From Nitrososphaeria archaeon (GTDB lineage: Archaea > Thermoproteota > Nitrososphaeria > Conexivisphaerales > UBA164): a DNA stretch of 60,210 bases. Shown one piece after another: positions 35,605 through 45,149 of this stretch. The stretch's first letter is position 1; every line of letters begins with the position of its first letter. The position numbers were made by a program, and so were the translations under genes. The notes under the pieces were generated by a model. That model saw only the letters and a program-made list of their open reading frames with translations, was not told where the DNA came from and did no database searches. The stretch is taken from contig JBMFTE010000002.1 in the NCBI GenBank assembly GCA_049967195.1, positions 1 to 60,210 of the forward strand, read 5' to 3'.

Positions 35605-36781
35605 GGGAAAGAGCGTAACCCTGACCGGCTGGATAGATAGCTTCAGACAGCTTGGAAAGATAACATTTGTAGTCATGGGTGACCCGGAAGGAAATTATCA
35701 GGCTATAGCGCGGGAGGACATGGCAAAGAAGATTGTTCAGGTTCCCAGGCAAAGCTACGTAAAGATATGGGGGCAGGTGGCACGGGGGCAAGGAAAAGCC
35801 AGCCCTTTCGAGGTTAGGATTGAGGGCTTCGAGGTTCTCAACAGCGCAGATACCGTGCTTCCAATAGACCCGGCTTCTAAGGTAAAGAGTGAATTAACCA
35901 CAAGGGTGAACAACAGGCCACTTGACCTCAGGGTTCCAGATGAAAGGGTCGTTTTCCTAACCCGCGCAAGGGCAATGCGCGTGATAAGGGAATTCCTTGC
36001 GGGCTCCGGGTTTGTTGAAGTCGATACGCCAAAAATAATAGCAACCGCCTCAGAAGGGGGCGCAGAACTATTCAAATTTGATTATTTTGGTAGACCAGCA
36101 TATCTCGCTCAGAGCCCGCAACTTTACAAGGAGGAACTGGTTTTATCTCTGGGGAAGGTCTTTGAGATTGCCCACTACTACAGGGCAGAAAAATCAAACA
36201 CCGTGAAACACCTCAATGAATTTACAAGCGTTGACATAGAGGCAGCCATGGCAAGGAGGGAGGATGTGATGAAACTCATAGAGGGGCTTGTCAGGGAAAT
36301 GTACAGCAAGCTTGAAATCAATTATGCCATGCCAGAAAGCTTTCCAGTATACACTTATGAGGATATAGTAAAACATGCGGGGCTAAAGTTTGGTGACGAC
36401 CTCTCCTCTGACGTTCTTGGCGACTTTGGGAAGGGTAAGGGGTACTACTTTATCGTTGACTGGCCGATTTCTCTTAAGCCCTTTTACACCATGCCAAAGG
36501 GCGATGTTCTTAGCGAATCGTTCGACCTGATGTACGGGGGGCTCGAAATAGCTTCGGGGGGCCAGAGAATACACCAGCACGAGATGCTGAGTACAAGGCT
36601 GAAGGCGAGCGGTCTTGACCCTGAAAGCTTTTCTGAGCATTTGAAGGTTTACAGGTGGGGAATGCCGCCCCATTCTGGATGGGGGATGGGTTTAGACAGG
36701 TTGCTTATGGTGCTCATGAACAGGGAAAACATCAGGGAAGTTGTTCTCTATCCACGGGATTCAAGACACTTGGCTCCCTAG
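35576..36781 (+). CDS. aspS: Aspartyl-tRNA synthetase (archaeal type)
   Basis: OB-fold N-terminus (VTLTGWIDSFRQLGKITFV), motif 2 region FDYFGRPAYLAQSPQLYK, and motif 3 GMGLDRLLM. A GTG 35576 start is proposed. The ORF opens at 35531. Confidence 0.9.
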   Translation: MQSRDLEGLEGKSVTLTGWIDSFRQLGKITFVVMGDPEGNYQAIAREDMAKKIVQVPRQSYVKIWGQVARGQGKASPFEVRIEGFEVLNSADTVLPIDPASKVKSELTTRVNNRPLDLRVPDERVVFLTRARAMRVIREFLAGSGFVEVDTPKIIATASEGGAELFKFDYFGRPAYLAQSPQLYKEELVLSLGKVFEIAHYYRAEKSNTVKHLNEFTSVDIEAAMARREDVMKLIEGLVREMYSKLEINYAMPESFPVYTYEDIVKHAGLKFGDDLSSDVLGDFGKGKGYYFIVDWPISLKPFYTMPKGDVLSESFDLMYGGLEIASGGQRIHQHEMLSTRLKASGLDPESFSEHLKVYRWGMPPHSGWGMGLDRLLMVLMNRENIREVVLYPRDSRHLAP

Positions 36782-39552
36782 CGTTTTCTTATTATCCTTT
36801 TCCTTTCAGCATCCATTAGCGCAAGGAAGAACAGGTCATCTTCCTTGCCTGAAATCGTCTCAGGTATCTTGGAAATAGGCACGTCAAAGCATAGCGCTAT
36901 GGCGGCCTTCTTTCCGTGGTCCCTGATAAGTGCCCTGGCCTTTTCAGCCCTGTTCCTAAGTTCATCGTTCTTTCCTGACATCATATCTATCACAGAAGCT
37001 TCATCTGCGTCAACAAGAGATATGTCTGTTGAACCGCACCTGCTGCAGCTCGGTGGATCTCCAAGGTAGTAAACTTCCACAGGATAAACTGAATTGCACG
37101 AATAGCAGTAAAGGGTCTTTGCGCAGCCCATGGCCCTGGCCCTGGCCCCCTCAATTATGAGCCTTTTCAGCCTTGCAGGGTCTACCACCTCTCCCTGCCT
37201 TGCCATCTCTTCAAGCCCAATCATGGCAATTGGCGTTGGCTCCTTCAGCTGCCCTAATGATATAACCTTGACCCTGCCGTCCCTGATGGACTTCAAGACG
37301 TCCGCTATTGCTTTCCAGTCAAGGTCCTCCTCCATCATCGTCCTTATTGCCTCATCATATACCGCAGTCCCCTTTAGTGATGTTGCGAGCAGTTTAGCAT
37401 CATCTATGGTTACCATTTTGCCAGGCTCAATGGCTCCCATCTTTCTGGCTGCCTGGATCAGCCTTCTCCTGAATATACCGGTTTCCTCACAGCTCTGCCT
37501 TGCCAGTGAAGCTGTGTCGGCATTCATAAGTTGCATGATGGAGTTTGTTACTTGTTCTGGTGACACGCCAGGGGATTCAAGTATAATTCTGTATGCATCG
37601 CTTTTCACCTTTACAGGGTTTCCAGCATTCTGGGAAACAAGGTATGCAAGCATCCTCGAAAGGGTCCTGTTCTCTGTTAGTCCTAGATGGGTGTGCACTA
37701 TAATGTATGACCCGGCACCCTCAACGGTTATCACGCTGTCAGATGGAACAGGCAGCCCGCGCTTGACCTGAAGCTCAATTTCCACTATTGCATTTTCCGC
37801 AGATTCTTTATCAATGGGAAACTGCTCTGTAAGGAATTTCACGGCCTCGTCTGTGCCCATGCCGGCTATTGCCCCCCTTATCCTGCCCACTTCCTGAGCA
37901 ACTTCTTTCACCACCGGTATCTCTTCGCCTATCCAGCTGGGTATTGCCCCAGAGGGGTCTTCGACCCTCTTTACAAACACCCTGTTCCTGTTTATGTCAG
38001 TGATTATCCATGCGCTACCCGCCAGGATGAACTTCGACCCTATTTCGCCATATTCAGATATAAAGGATTCGTCAAGCTGGCCGACCCCGCTGCCGCTTTC
38101 ATCTATGACCGTGTATGTGACCTCCTCTGGGATCATTGTGAGGTTGGAAAAGTAATAGTCAAACAGCGGGCCGGCCCGGGGGGGCCTCATTATTGCGCCT
38201 TCTAGGTGCCTGACCAGAGAAGGCCTCCTTTCAGACATGTAATTTATTACAGAGATTACACTATCTGGTGTAATATCATGGTATGGATAGGTGGAACTCA
38301 ACAGGGAAACAAGCTCCTTGTCCTTTATCACCGTCCTCTCCATGATGAGCCCGGCTATCTGCTGCTGCATGACGTCAAGAGGGGCGGCTGGCACGTTTAT
38401 TGACTCAACATTTCCCTCCATGGCCCTGTTCGCAAGGACCACTGCCTCAAGTGCATCATCTGAATCCTGGACAATCATGATCCCCCTGCTGACCTTGCTC
38501 AGGCTGTGGCCGGACCTTCCCACCCGCTGAATCAGCTTTGATGCTTGCCTGGGGGAATTGTACTGGACAATTACGTCGAGGTCGCCGATGTCTATTCCAA
38601 GCTCAAGGCTGCTCGTGCATATGACCCCCATAACCCTGCCTGCCTTCAAGCCCTCCTCGGCTGAACTCCTGGAACTTATTGAAAGGCTTCCATGGTGTAT
38701 TGCTATGGGGAACTTGGGGTCAATCAGCCTCATCCTGCTGACAAGCGATTCCGCTTCGCTCCTTGTATTTGTGAATACCAGCGACTTCTTGCCCCTGATG
38801 TTTTCCATTATAAGCCTGAGCCTGTGAGCCACATCAGGAAATAGCGGGCCCCCATCCTCGCCCTCCCTGGCTTTCTGATAAATTACCCTGAACTCAAATG
38901 CCTTCTTCGGGAATGCCTTTATTATTTCGCAATCCCTTCCCTCCCCTACCAGAAACCTGGCGATTTCTTCGGCATTTCCTACTGTAGCCGACAGGCCAAC
39001 AATTTGCACCTGCCTGCCAGTCAGGGCTTCCAGCCTCTTTAGGCTTATTGCAAGCTGAGTACCGCGTTTGTCGTCAGCAAGCTCATGAACTTCGTCCACA
39101 ACTACATGCCTAACTGACCTTAACATTTCCCTGAGCTTTCTAGCTACCAGCAGTATCTGCAGCGTTTCAGGGGTCGTTATAAGTATGTCTGGAGGGGCAA
39201 GTGCCTGACCCCTCCTGTCAGCTTTAGGCGTGTCGCCGTGCCTTACTGCCATCCTGAAGTCAAGCCTTCTGGCCCACCAGCCAAGCCTGTCAAGCAGGTC
39301 TCTGTTCAGGGCCCTCAGGGGGGTTATGTAAAGCGTGCTAACGCCGTTTCCCCTTCCTTCACTGAGCATCATATCAAATATTGGCAGCATGACAGCTTCG
39401 GTTTTTCCAGATCCCGTTGGGGAAATCAGCAGGGCATTCTTGCCAGTCAAGATTGCCGGTATCGCCTTTGTCTGGATTTCCGTGGGTGCATCTATGCCCT
39501 TTTCAATTACCAGTGACTGGAGCACCTCTGACAGGTGGGGGAAGCTATCCAT
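36778..39552 (-). CDS. lhr: Lhr-type large DEAD/DEAH-box helicase with C-terminal zinc ribbon
   Basis: 924 aa. Motifs SPTGSGKTEA, VVVDEVHEL and SATVGN, a long Lhr-like C-terminal extension, and CYSCNS...CSRCGS. Confidence 0.88.
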   Translation of the reverse strand: MDSFPHLSEVLQSLVIEKGIDAPTEIQTKAIPAILTGKNALLISPTGSGKTEAVMLPIFDMMLSEGRGNGVSTLYITPLRALNRDLLDRLGWWARRLDFRMAVRHGDTPKADRRGQALAPPDILITTPETLQILLVARKLREMLRSVRHVVVDEVHELADDKRGTQLAISLKRLEALTGRQVQIVGLSATVGNAEEIARFLVGEGRDCEIIKAFPKKAFEFRVIYQKAREGEDGGPLFPDVAHRLRLIMENIRGKKSLVFTNTRSEAESLVSRMRLIDPKFPIAIHHGSLSISSRSSAEEGLKAGRVMGVICTSSLELGIDIGDLDVIVQYNSPRQASKLIQRVGRSGHSLSKVSRGIMIVQDSDDALEAVVLANRAMEGNVESINVPAAPLDVMQQQIAGLIMERTVIKDKELVSLLSSTYPYHDITPDSVISVINYMSERRPSLVRHLEGAIMRPPRAGPLFDYYFSNLTMIPEEVTYTVIDESGSGVGQLDESFISEYGEIGSKFILAGSAWIITDINRNRVFVKRVEDPSGAIPSWIGEEIPVVKEVAQEVGRIRGAIAGMGTDEAVKFLTEQFPIDKESAENAIVEIELQVKRGLPVPSDSVITVEGAGSYIIVHTHLGLTENRTLSRMLAYLVSQNAGNPVKVKSDAYRIILESPGVSPEQVTNSIMQLMNADTASLARQSCEETGIFRRRLIQAARKMGAIEPGKMVTIDDAKLLATSLKGTAVYDEAIRTMMEEDLDWKAIADVLKSIRDGRVKVISLGQLKEPTPIAMIGLEEMARQGEVVDPARLKRLIIEGARARAMGCAKTLYCYSCNSVYPVEVYYLGDPPSCSRCGSTDISLVDADEASVIDMMSGKNDELRNRAEKARALIRDHGKKAAIALCFDVPISKIPETISGKEDDLFFLALMDAERKRIIRKR

Positions 39553-39723
39553 GGGGCTCCTGAAGCCTCAAATGCTTATAAGTTTGATTGAAAGTTTAAT
39601 GATAATAGCTTTTTTCAAAAACAGGCTTCAACATATTTATATAATCTTCCTGCATAATTATATTTATGTGCAGGCTTCAGTTGCAGGTATTTTCAGAGCA
39701 GGCAGCTAGTATGGGTGTTCCAA

Positions 39724-39999
39724 ATGAAAAAGGGTATTTCCAAGATTTTTGAAGAAACGCTGGAGCAATATGGTGATGTATCCAGAAAGGTTGTTGTATG
39801 GCACCTTGAAAATACAATTGGGCTAAAACTTGATGACATCGAAAGCAACCCCGGCAGGTTTTTGGATGCATTGACTGAAATATTTGGTGATCTAAGCCGG
39901 GTAGTCGAAACCAGCCTCTGCGAAAACATTTCGCGGGAGTATGGAATAAAGTACAGTGGTGAAGGGCTGGTTAAGTTGCTGGAAGAAATAAAAGTTTGA
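39724..39999 (+). CDS. Small conserved hypothetical protein S2 (91 aa), paralog of 14770-15057
   Basis: See S1. ATG 39724 is preferred over GTG 39715. Confidence 0.75.
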   Translation: MKKGISKIFEETLEQYGDVSRKVVVWHLENTIGLKLDDIESNPGRFLDALTEIFGDLSRVVETSLCENISREYGIKYSGEGLVKLLEEIKV

Positions 40000-40035
40000 C
40001 AAAGAATTTATAGCTGCCATTAAATAATACGGTTC

Positions 40036-40590
40036 ATGCCGGGGAGATTCAGGGGTTCAGGGTATTCAGACATTCCGGGAGTCGTAAGGGAGGAGATGGT
40101 TCCACTGCAGGAACTGCTGCGTGCAATGGCGATCAGGAAGGAAGACATCATTGCAGATCTTGGGGCAGGGGCAGGATATTATGCTCTTGTGTTTGCAAAG
40201 CTGGCAAGCAAAGTATATGCCATTGACGGCATTGAGGAAAACGCAAAATTGATAGGGGCAAGGGGCATTCCGAACATATTCCCGGTAACTGCAGACCTCT
40301 GTTTTAAGATTCCAGTGAAGGATTTTACATACGCCTTTTTTTCAAATAGCTTGCATGACATGGAATGCTGGAAGGATCTGATAGGCAAATTGTATTACCT
40401 GCTGCCTGAAGGTGGGAGGCTTGCTGTACTGGATTTTAAGCCGGACACCCCATTTGGGCCTCCGCATGCGAGGATCTCAGCAGAACAGCTTGACCAGGTG
40501 GCATTGAGCGCCGGGTTTTCAAAAAAAGGCACTGCCGATTTCAGGTACCACTACCTTTCCCTGTTTTTCAAGAAAATCATACAAAAATAG
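40036..40590 (+). CDS. Class I SAM-dependent methyltransferase
   Basis: 184 aa with motif I IADLGAGAGYYA. Confidence 0.8.
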   Translation: MPGRFRGSGYSDIPGVVREEMVPLQELLRAMAIRKEDIIADLGAGAGYYALVFAKLASKVYAIDGIEENAKLIGARGIPNIFPVTADLCFKIPVKDFTYAFFSNSLHDMECWKDLIGKLYYLLPEGGRLAVLDFKPDTPFGPPHARISAEQLDQVALSAGFSKKGTADFRYHYLSLFFKKIIQK

Positions 40591-40732
40591 CTTTAAATGA
40601 TAAAGGATTTGCAGTGGACTTCAATCGTGTTTCATCAATGGCAAACTTGAATTATGCAGATGACATTAATGCTATGCAAGCTGTGATTTAACAGCAACAT
40701 TTATTTTGTAGTATAACAGTGTTAATCGCAAA

Positions 40733-41077
40733 TTGAAAACAGCCTGCGAGGAAGTTGTGAAATATGTTTTACCGGCATACAGGAGCATTATCGCAAAGGA
40801 CCTTGTTTACAGCTATGGCCTTACTCAGGAACAGGCGGCCAAGACAATGAAAATTTCTCAGGCAGTAATCAGCTATTATATAACAGCGAAGAGGGGCAAG
40901 GGCATTAAAAGGTATGAAGAGCTTAAAATATTGAAAGATAGAGCTCACGAAGATTCCAAAAGGTTGCTTAGCGGTGTTCCGATAGAAACTGTTGCAACTG
41001 GATTCTGCGAACTGTGCACCCTGATGAGAAAAAACAACATGCTGAAGGAAGAAGTAATAGACACCTGTACCCATTAG
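40733..41077 (+). CDS. HTH transcriptional regulator with C-terminal CxxC (COG2522-like archaeal family)
   Basis: 114 aa. LPAYRSIIAKDL...GLTQEQAAKTMKISQAVISYYITAKRG followed by CELC. TTG start. Confidence 0.6.
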   Translation: MKTACEEVVKYVLPAYRSIIAKDLVYSYGLTQEQAAKTMKISQAVISYYITAKRGKGIKRYEELKILKDRAHEDSKRLLSGVPIETVATGFCELCTLMRKNNMLKEEVIDTCTH

Positions 41078-41082
41078 AACCT

Positions 41083-42531
41083 TTATGCGTCAAAGTAAAG
41101 CATGAACTCGTAGGGGTTAGGCCTGGCGTTTACCATGTTAAATTCATGAAGTTCTATCTCCTCTATCGTGTTAAGCACTTCCATGCTGAAGAACGGCTTA
41201 AGGTATTCATTATCTGATTTTAGCTCTTCAACCGCCTCTTTCAGGCTTTCCGGCAGCCTCTTAACCCCCAGCTCTTTTAGCTCTTCATCAGAAAGCTCAT
41301 AAAGGTCCCTGTCAACCGGGCTTCCAGGGTCAATTTTTCTCCTGATCCCATCAAGCCCGGCCAGGACAATGGCTGGAAGCGCAACGTACGGGTTGCAGCT
41401 CGGGTCCGGCGTTCTGAACTCAATGCGCTTTTCCTTCTCCTTTCCTGACCTGTATACCGGTATACGGACGTTTGCGCTCCTGTTTCCCCTGCTCCAGGCC
41501 ACAAAAGTTGGCGCCTCATATCCAGGAACAAGCCTCCTGTAGCTGTTGGTGGTTGGGGCGACAAGTGATGCCAGGCTTCTGCTGTGTTCTAGAAGGCCTC
41601 CCGCAAAGTACCTGCCCTCCTGGCTTATTTCAGCGTAATCATCTGCAGAATCATAAAACCTGTTCTTCTTCAGGTCATAACCATTTCCATCCCAGATGCT
41701 GACGTGAACATGCATGCCACTGCCATTGTCACCAAAAATTGGCTTTGGCATGAATGTAGCATACTTACCAACCGACTTGGCCATTTCCCTTGCCACGCTT
41801 TTCACAGTAACAATGGAATCAGATGCCCCGACAAGGGTATCCATATAGAAGTTAATTTCAATTTGACCTGATGCGGCAACTTCGTGGTGGTGAACCTCAG
41901 GCAGGATGCCAAACCCGAACAGCGCATCTGAAACCTGTACCCTGTAATCCATGAGTGAATCCATAGGGGGCACCGGGTAATAGCCCTCCTTTTCCCTCAA
42001 CCTGTAGGGGTTATCTCCATATGGCGCTTCATTTGACGCCACCATGTACATCTGGTGGTTACCGCCGTCCACATCCCATCTGGCTTCATCAAAGACAAAG
42101 AATTCTAGTTCTGGTCCGAATACAGCAGTCATTCCCATGCTGGCAAGATGATCCTGAAGGCTTTCAGCTATGCCGCGGGTATCGCTGGGCAGCCTTTCAC
42201 TGGCTGACTTCCGGTAAATTTTACCTATCATCCTGGATATCCCTGGCCTCCAGGGGATCTTGGCATAAGTAACCGGGTCTGGCACAAAAACAAGGTCTGA
42301 ATCCTGGATGCCAGAAAACCCCTTTATGCTCGATCCATCAACTTTTGGAAAACCTGTTTTAAAAGAATCTTCATCAAACGTATGCGATGAAACTGTAAAG
42401 TGCTGCATCCTTCCCCTGACGTCAACAAACTGCATGTCAACGTACCTGCTTTCTTCAATTATTTTCTTCAGCACATCTCCAGGCTTAGCCTGTCGTGGCA
42501 CAGCTTTCCTGTCAATTAAATCGTATGGCAT
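41083..42531 (-). CDS. glnA: Glutamine synthetase type I
   Basis: 482 aa with NGSGMHVHVS and other GS-I blocks. Confidence 0.93.
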   Translation of the reverse strand: MPYDLIDRKAVPRQAKPGDVLKKIIEESRYVDMQFVDVRGRMQHFTVSSHTFDEDSFKTGFPKVDGSSIKGFSGIQDSDLVFVPDPVTYAKIPWRPGISRMIGKIYRKSASERLPSDTRGIAESLQDHLASMGMTAVFGPELEFFVFDEARWDVDGGNHQMYMVASNEAPYGDNPYRLREKEGYYPVPPMDSLMDYRVQVSDALFGFGILPEVHHHEVAASGQIEINFYMDTLVGASDSIVTVKSVAREMAKSVGKYATFMPKPIFGDNGSGMHVHVSIWDGNGYDLKKNRFYDSADDYAEISQEGRYFAGGLLEHSRSLASLVAPTTNSYRRLVPGYEAPTFVAWSRGNRSANVRIPVYRSGKEKEKRIEFRTPDPSCNPYVALPAIVLAGLDGIRRKIDPGSPVDRDLYELSDEELKELGVKRLPESLKEAVEELKSDNEYLKPFFSMEVLNTIEEIELHEFNMVNARPNPYEFMLYFDA

Positions 42532-42603
42532 GCTGACCGTATAAATAACTACGTTTATAAATCTTACCTGTATATTGTGATAATGTTTGATTATTTTGTA
42601 AAA

Positions 42604-43401
42604 TTAGCGAACAATTTTTGATGATATGCCGCGCTCAATCAAAACCTGTTTAAACCTATCTGATGCTTCCTTGAGGTCCGATGCTTCAATCATTTTTATG
42701 TTCTTCTTTCCCGGATCAATTGACACGCTAAGTTTTGGAACAGCAATAAAGTAAGCTTCCTTTATCCCAGCATCATAAATTTTTGAGAGAAATTCCATAA
42801 GACTTTTAACGTTTACAGCTTCTCTCTCCACTTCAACATCAACCACAACGGTTGATTTATTGTGCTCAAATGCAAAGTCAAAGCGATGGATCATACCGGA
42901 TGCGCCTGTCACTCCATGGCACCTTTTAGGGTACATGCCTAAACCTTTTATTGCCAATGCAACCGGTTCAATATCATAGGCATTTACAGCACGCAGGGAT
43001 CCAAGCGCAATCCAATTAGCGGTTGCAATGCCAAAACTCTTGCCGCAGGTTTTGCAGACAAAGTTCAGAGCTTCTAGGATTCCAGCATGAAGGCCACAGT
43101 TCATACACTCTACGTCATTTCCATCAACCTTTATGTTATTAGACCCGCATTTTGGGCATACCATCTTGGAGAAAGGGTCTGGTGAGCCACACGACGGGCA
43201 GGCCATGGTCTGGTAAAGGTCACTTACGGTCAAATTCCCTGATGCCTTTAGTTCATTTATCTCCTTGATCAGTTCCTCCTTCGGCACATCCAGACTTTCC
43301 AGAAGGTAGGGAACAGTGAACCCTGTGAGGTTGTCAGGATACATTTTAACGCCAAATTCAGCTGTAATTGATTGGACGTGTTTCTTTATGCAGTTCTCCA
43401 T
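42604..43401 (-). CDS. Multi-zinc-ribbon protein with uncharacterised C-terminal domain (possibly TackOD1-like)
   Basis: 265 aa. Four CxxC pairs (CPSCGS, CPKCGS, CMNCG, CKTCG), then GASGMIHRFDFAF...VVVDVEVE. A TATA box (TTTTAAAT on the minus strand) lies about 25 nt upstream of the ATG. Confidence 0.6.
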   Translation of the reverse strand: MENCIKKHVQSITAEFGVKMYPDNLTGFTVPYLLESLDVPKEELIKEINELKASGNLTVSDLYQTMACPSCGSPDPFSKMVCPKCGSNNIKVDGNDVECMNCGLHAGILEALNFVCKTCGKSFGIATANWIALGSLRAVNAYDIEPVALAIKGLGMYPKRCHGVTGASGMIHRFDFAFEHNKSTVVVDVEVEREAVNVKSLMEFLSKIYDAGIKEAYFIAVPKLSVSIDPGKKNIKMIEASDLKEASDRFKQVLIERGISSKIVR

Positions 43402-43564
43402 GTTTTAACTTTTAACGACCGATTTAAAAGCAATATGTGAGCCAGTTAGTCATATTAGCATATTTTGTGCAAAGATCCTGCACTATCCGTAATAAGTGAA
43501 CAAATTTTGCATTGAAATATTTTTCCCTTAAACTTATAAGGGGCTGGATACGTAAAGAAGCCAT

Positions 43565-44161
43565 ATGATGTTGCAATATATGCCCGGTGCTACCGTAGTT
43601 GGAATAACTGCAAATGATGGCGTAGTTCTGGCTTCAGAAAGAAGATACGCCTACGGCAATTACGTTGTTAGCAAGAACGTCAAGAAAGTTTTCAAGGTAA
43701 CGGAAACTGTGGGCGCTGCATGCGCAGGGATGGTTGGGGATATGCAGGTGCTTATAAAGAATATACAGTCGTTGATAAGGCTCAGGGAAATGGAAACAGG
43801 TAAAAAATCTAAGCCAAACTCAGTCGCTAAGCTAATGTCGGTTCTGATGTTTGAAAACAGGATGTATCCCTTGCTGACCCAGGTAGTTGTCGGCGGGGTT
43901 TCAGAAACTTCCCAAATTTACGTTCTCGATCCGTTGGGGTCAGTTTTGCCGGACAAGTACGTGGCCATAGGCAGTGGCGAAGAAATTGCAATTGGCGTAA
44001 TAGAAAACGATTACAGGGAGGACATGTCGTCGGATGAAGCCGCAGACCTTGCGGTAAGGGCAATCAAGTCAGCAGTAAAGAGAGATGCAGCAAGCGGCGA
44101 CGGCGTGGATATCCTAACGATAAAGAAGGACGGCTCTGAACTGAAGAGCATTAATTTCTAA
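43565..44161 (+). CDS. psmB: 20S proteasome beta-type subunit with Ala at the canonical Thr1 position
   Basis: 198 aa. The prosegment MMLQYMPG is followed by ATVVGITANDGVVLASERR...KKVFK. Glu17 and Lys33 equivalents align if Ala is residue 1. Confidence 0.85.
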   Translation: MMLQYMPGATVVGITANDGVVLASERRYAYGNYVVSKNVKKVFKVTETVGAACAGMVGDMQVLIKNIQSLIRLREMETGKKSKPNSVAKLMSVLMFENRMYPLLTQVVVGGVSETSQIYVLDPLGSVLPDKYVAIGSGEEIAIGVIENDYREDMSSDEAADLAVRAIKSAVKRDAASGDGVDILTIKKDGSELKSINF

Positions 44162-44167
44162 AACAAT

Positions 44168-45139
44168 TCACTGATTTTTGTTTTCTGTTCTGATAAAGCG
44201 GGGGTTACGCTGCGCCATGCTCATTGCCCGCCTGTATCCGGCTAGCCCTATTATCACAACAACGGCAATTACCAGAAAGAAGCCTACCCCAAGGTCGTGC
44301 AGATTGTGGACATATACTGGCGTCACTATTGCGACGTTGAGCAGCCACGGTGCATAAAGTATTGCAGCCCCGGCAACTATGAACGCGATACCGCCATATT
44401 CCAGCACATAGGTGCTAATGGTCTTGCCTACAAATGCGATCCCCTGCAAGTTAAGCTTCTTGGTTGAACTGAGCCACTTGCCAAATGCGGAACCGAAAAG
44501 TATCTGCATGGTCATGGTTCCAAGCCCAAAGAGCAGTCCAGGCAGGAATCCAAACCACGGCGAAGGCATTGAGGGGGCCAGCACGGTGTATATTATTAGC
44601 GCAAATGCCCCGAACCCAAATCCGGCTATGAACCCATGGATTAGTGCAAGCTTTACGGGAACAGGTTTTGTGTCAATTTGATCATTGGAAACATGCGCCG
44701 GGTTTATCTCGTGCTCAAGCTCCTTCTTCTGAATTTCACTTCCCTTTTTATGAATGCCTAACAGTACACCAAGCTTTTCTTCCAGATAGTGCCAGTGAAG
44801 GTACTTGCCCTTCTTGGCAATGTACAGCCCTGCAAGCGCCATTGCCAAACCAACGAATATGTATGTCAAACCAAATGCAGCAGCTGTCATAAATATTCCT
44901 GCAAGCGCAAAGTAACTGATTTCTGACAGGATAGCCCTTTGTGCCGTGAAGCCGCTGGAAAACACCAGTCCAGTCTTTGCGCCACCCTTTGTGCTGAATG
45001 TTCCAACAGAGTATGAAAAAGTGATCGGCCAGGTGTGCTCATCAGGGGTTATGCCATGCACTATTCCAAGCAGGTACGATATTATGAGCGCACTCAAAAG
45101 CCCAACGTTTTCAGGATTCCAGAGATTCAGGTATGCCAT
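44168..45139 (-). CDS. Polytopic membrane protein, putative divalent-metal transporter
   Basis: 323 aa with about 8 hydrophobic segments. A His/Asp-rich motif VHGITPDEHTWP sits in TM1-2. Immediately downstream of a DtxR-family gene. Confidence 0.45.
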   Translation of the reverse strand: MAYLNLWNPENVGLLSALIISYLLGIVHGITPDEHTWPITFSYSVGTFSTKGGAKTGLVFSSGFTAQRAILSEISYFALAGIFMTAAAFGLTYIFVGLAMALAGLYIAKKGKYLHWHYLEEKLGVLLGIHKKGSEIQKKELEHEINPAHVSNDQIDTKPVPVKLALIHGFIAGFGFGAFALIIYTVLAPSMPSPWFGFLPGLLFGLGTMTMQILFGSAFGKWLSSTKKLNLQGIAFVGKTISTYVLEYGGIAFIVAGAAILYAPWLLNVAIVTPVYVHNLHDLGVGFFLVIAVVVIIGLAGYRRAMSMAQRNPRFIRTENKNQ

Positions 45140-45149
45140 CTTAGATCAC

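Noticed and set aside
43420-43437. CCGATTTAAAAGCAAT, and the similar GCTTAAAGGCAAG at 17320-17332, as further copies of the intergenic element
   Set aside because: Similarity is limited to the TATA-like core, which sits about 25 nt upstream of start codons (the 43401 minus-strand gene, the 17351 gene). These are ordinary promoters, not element copies.
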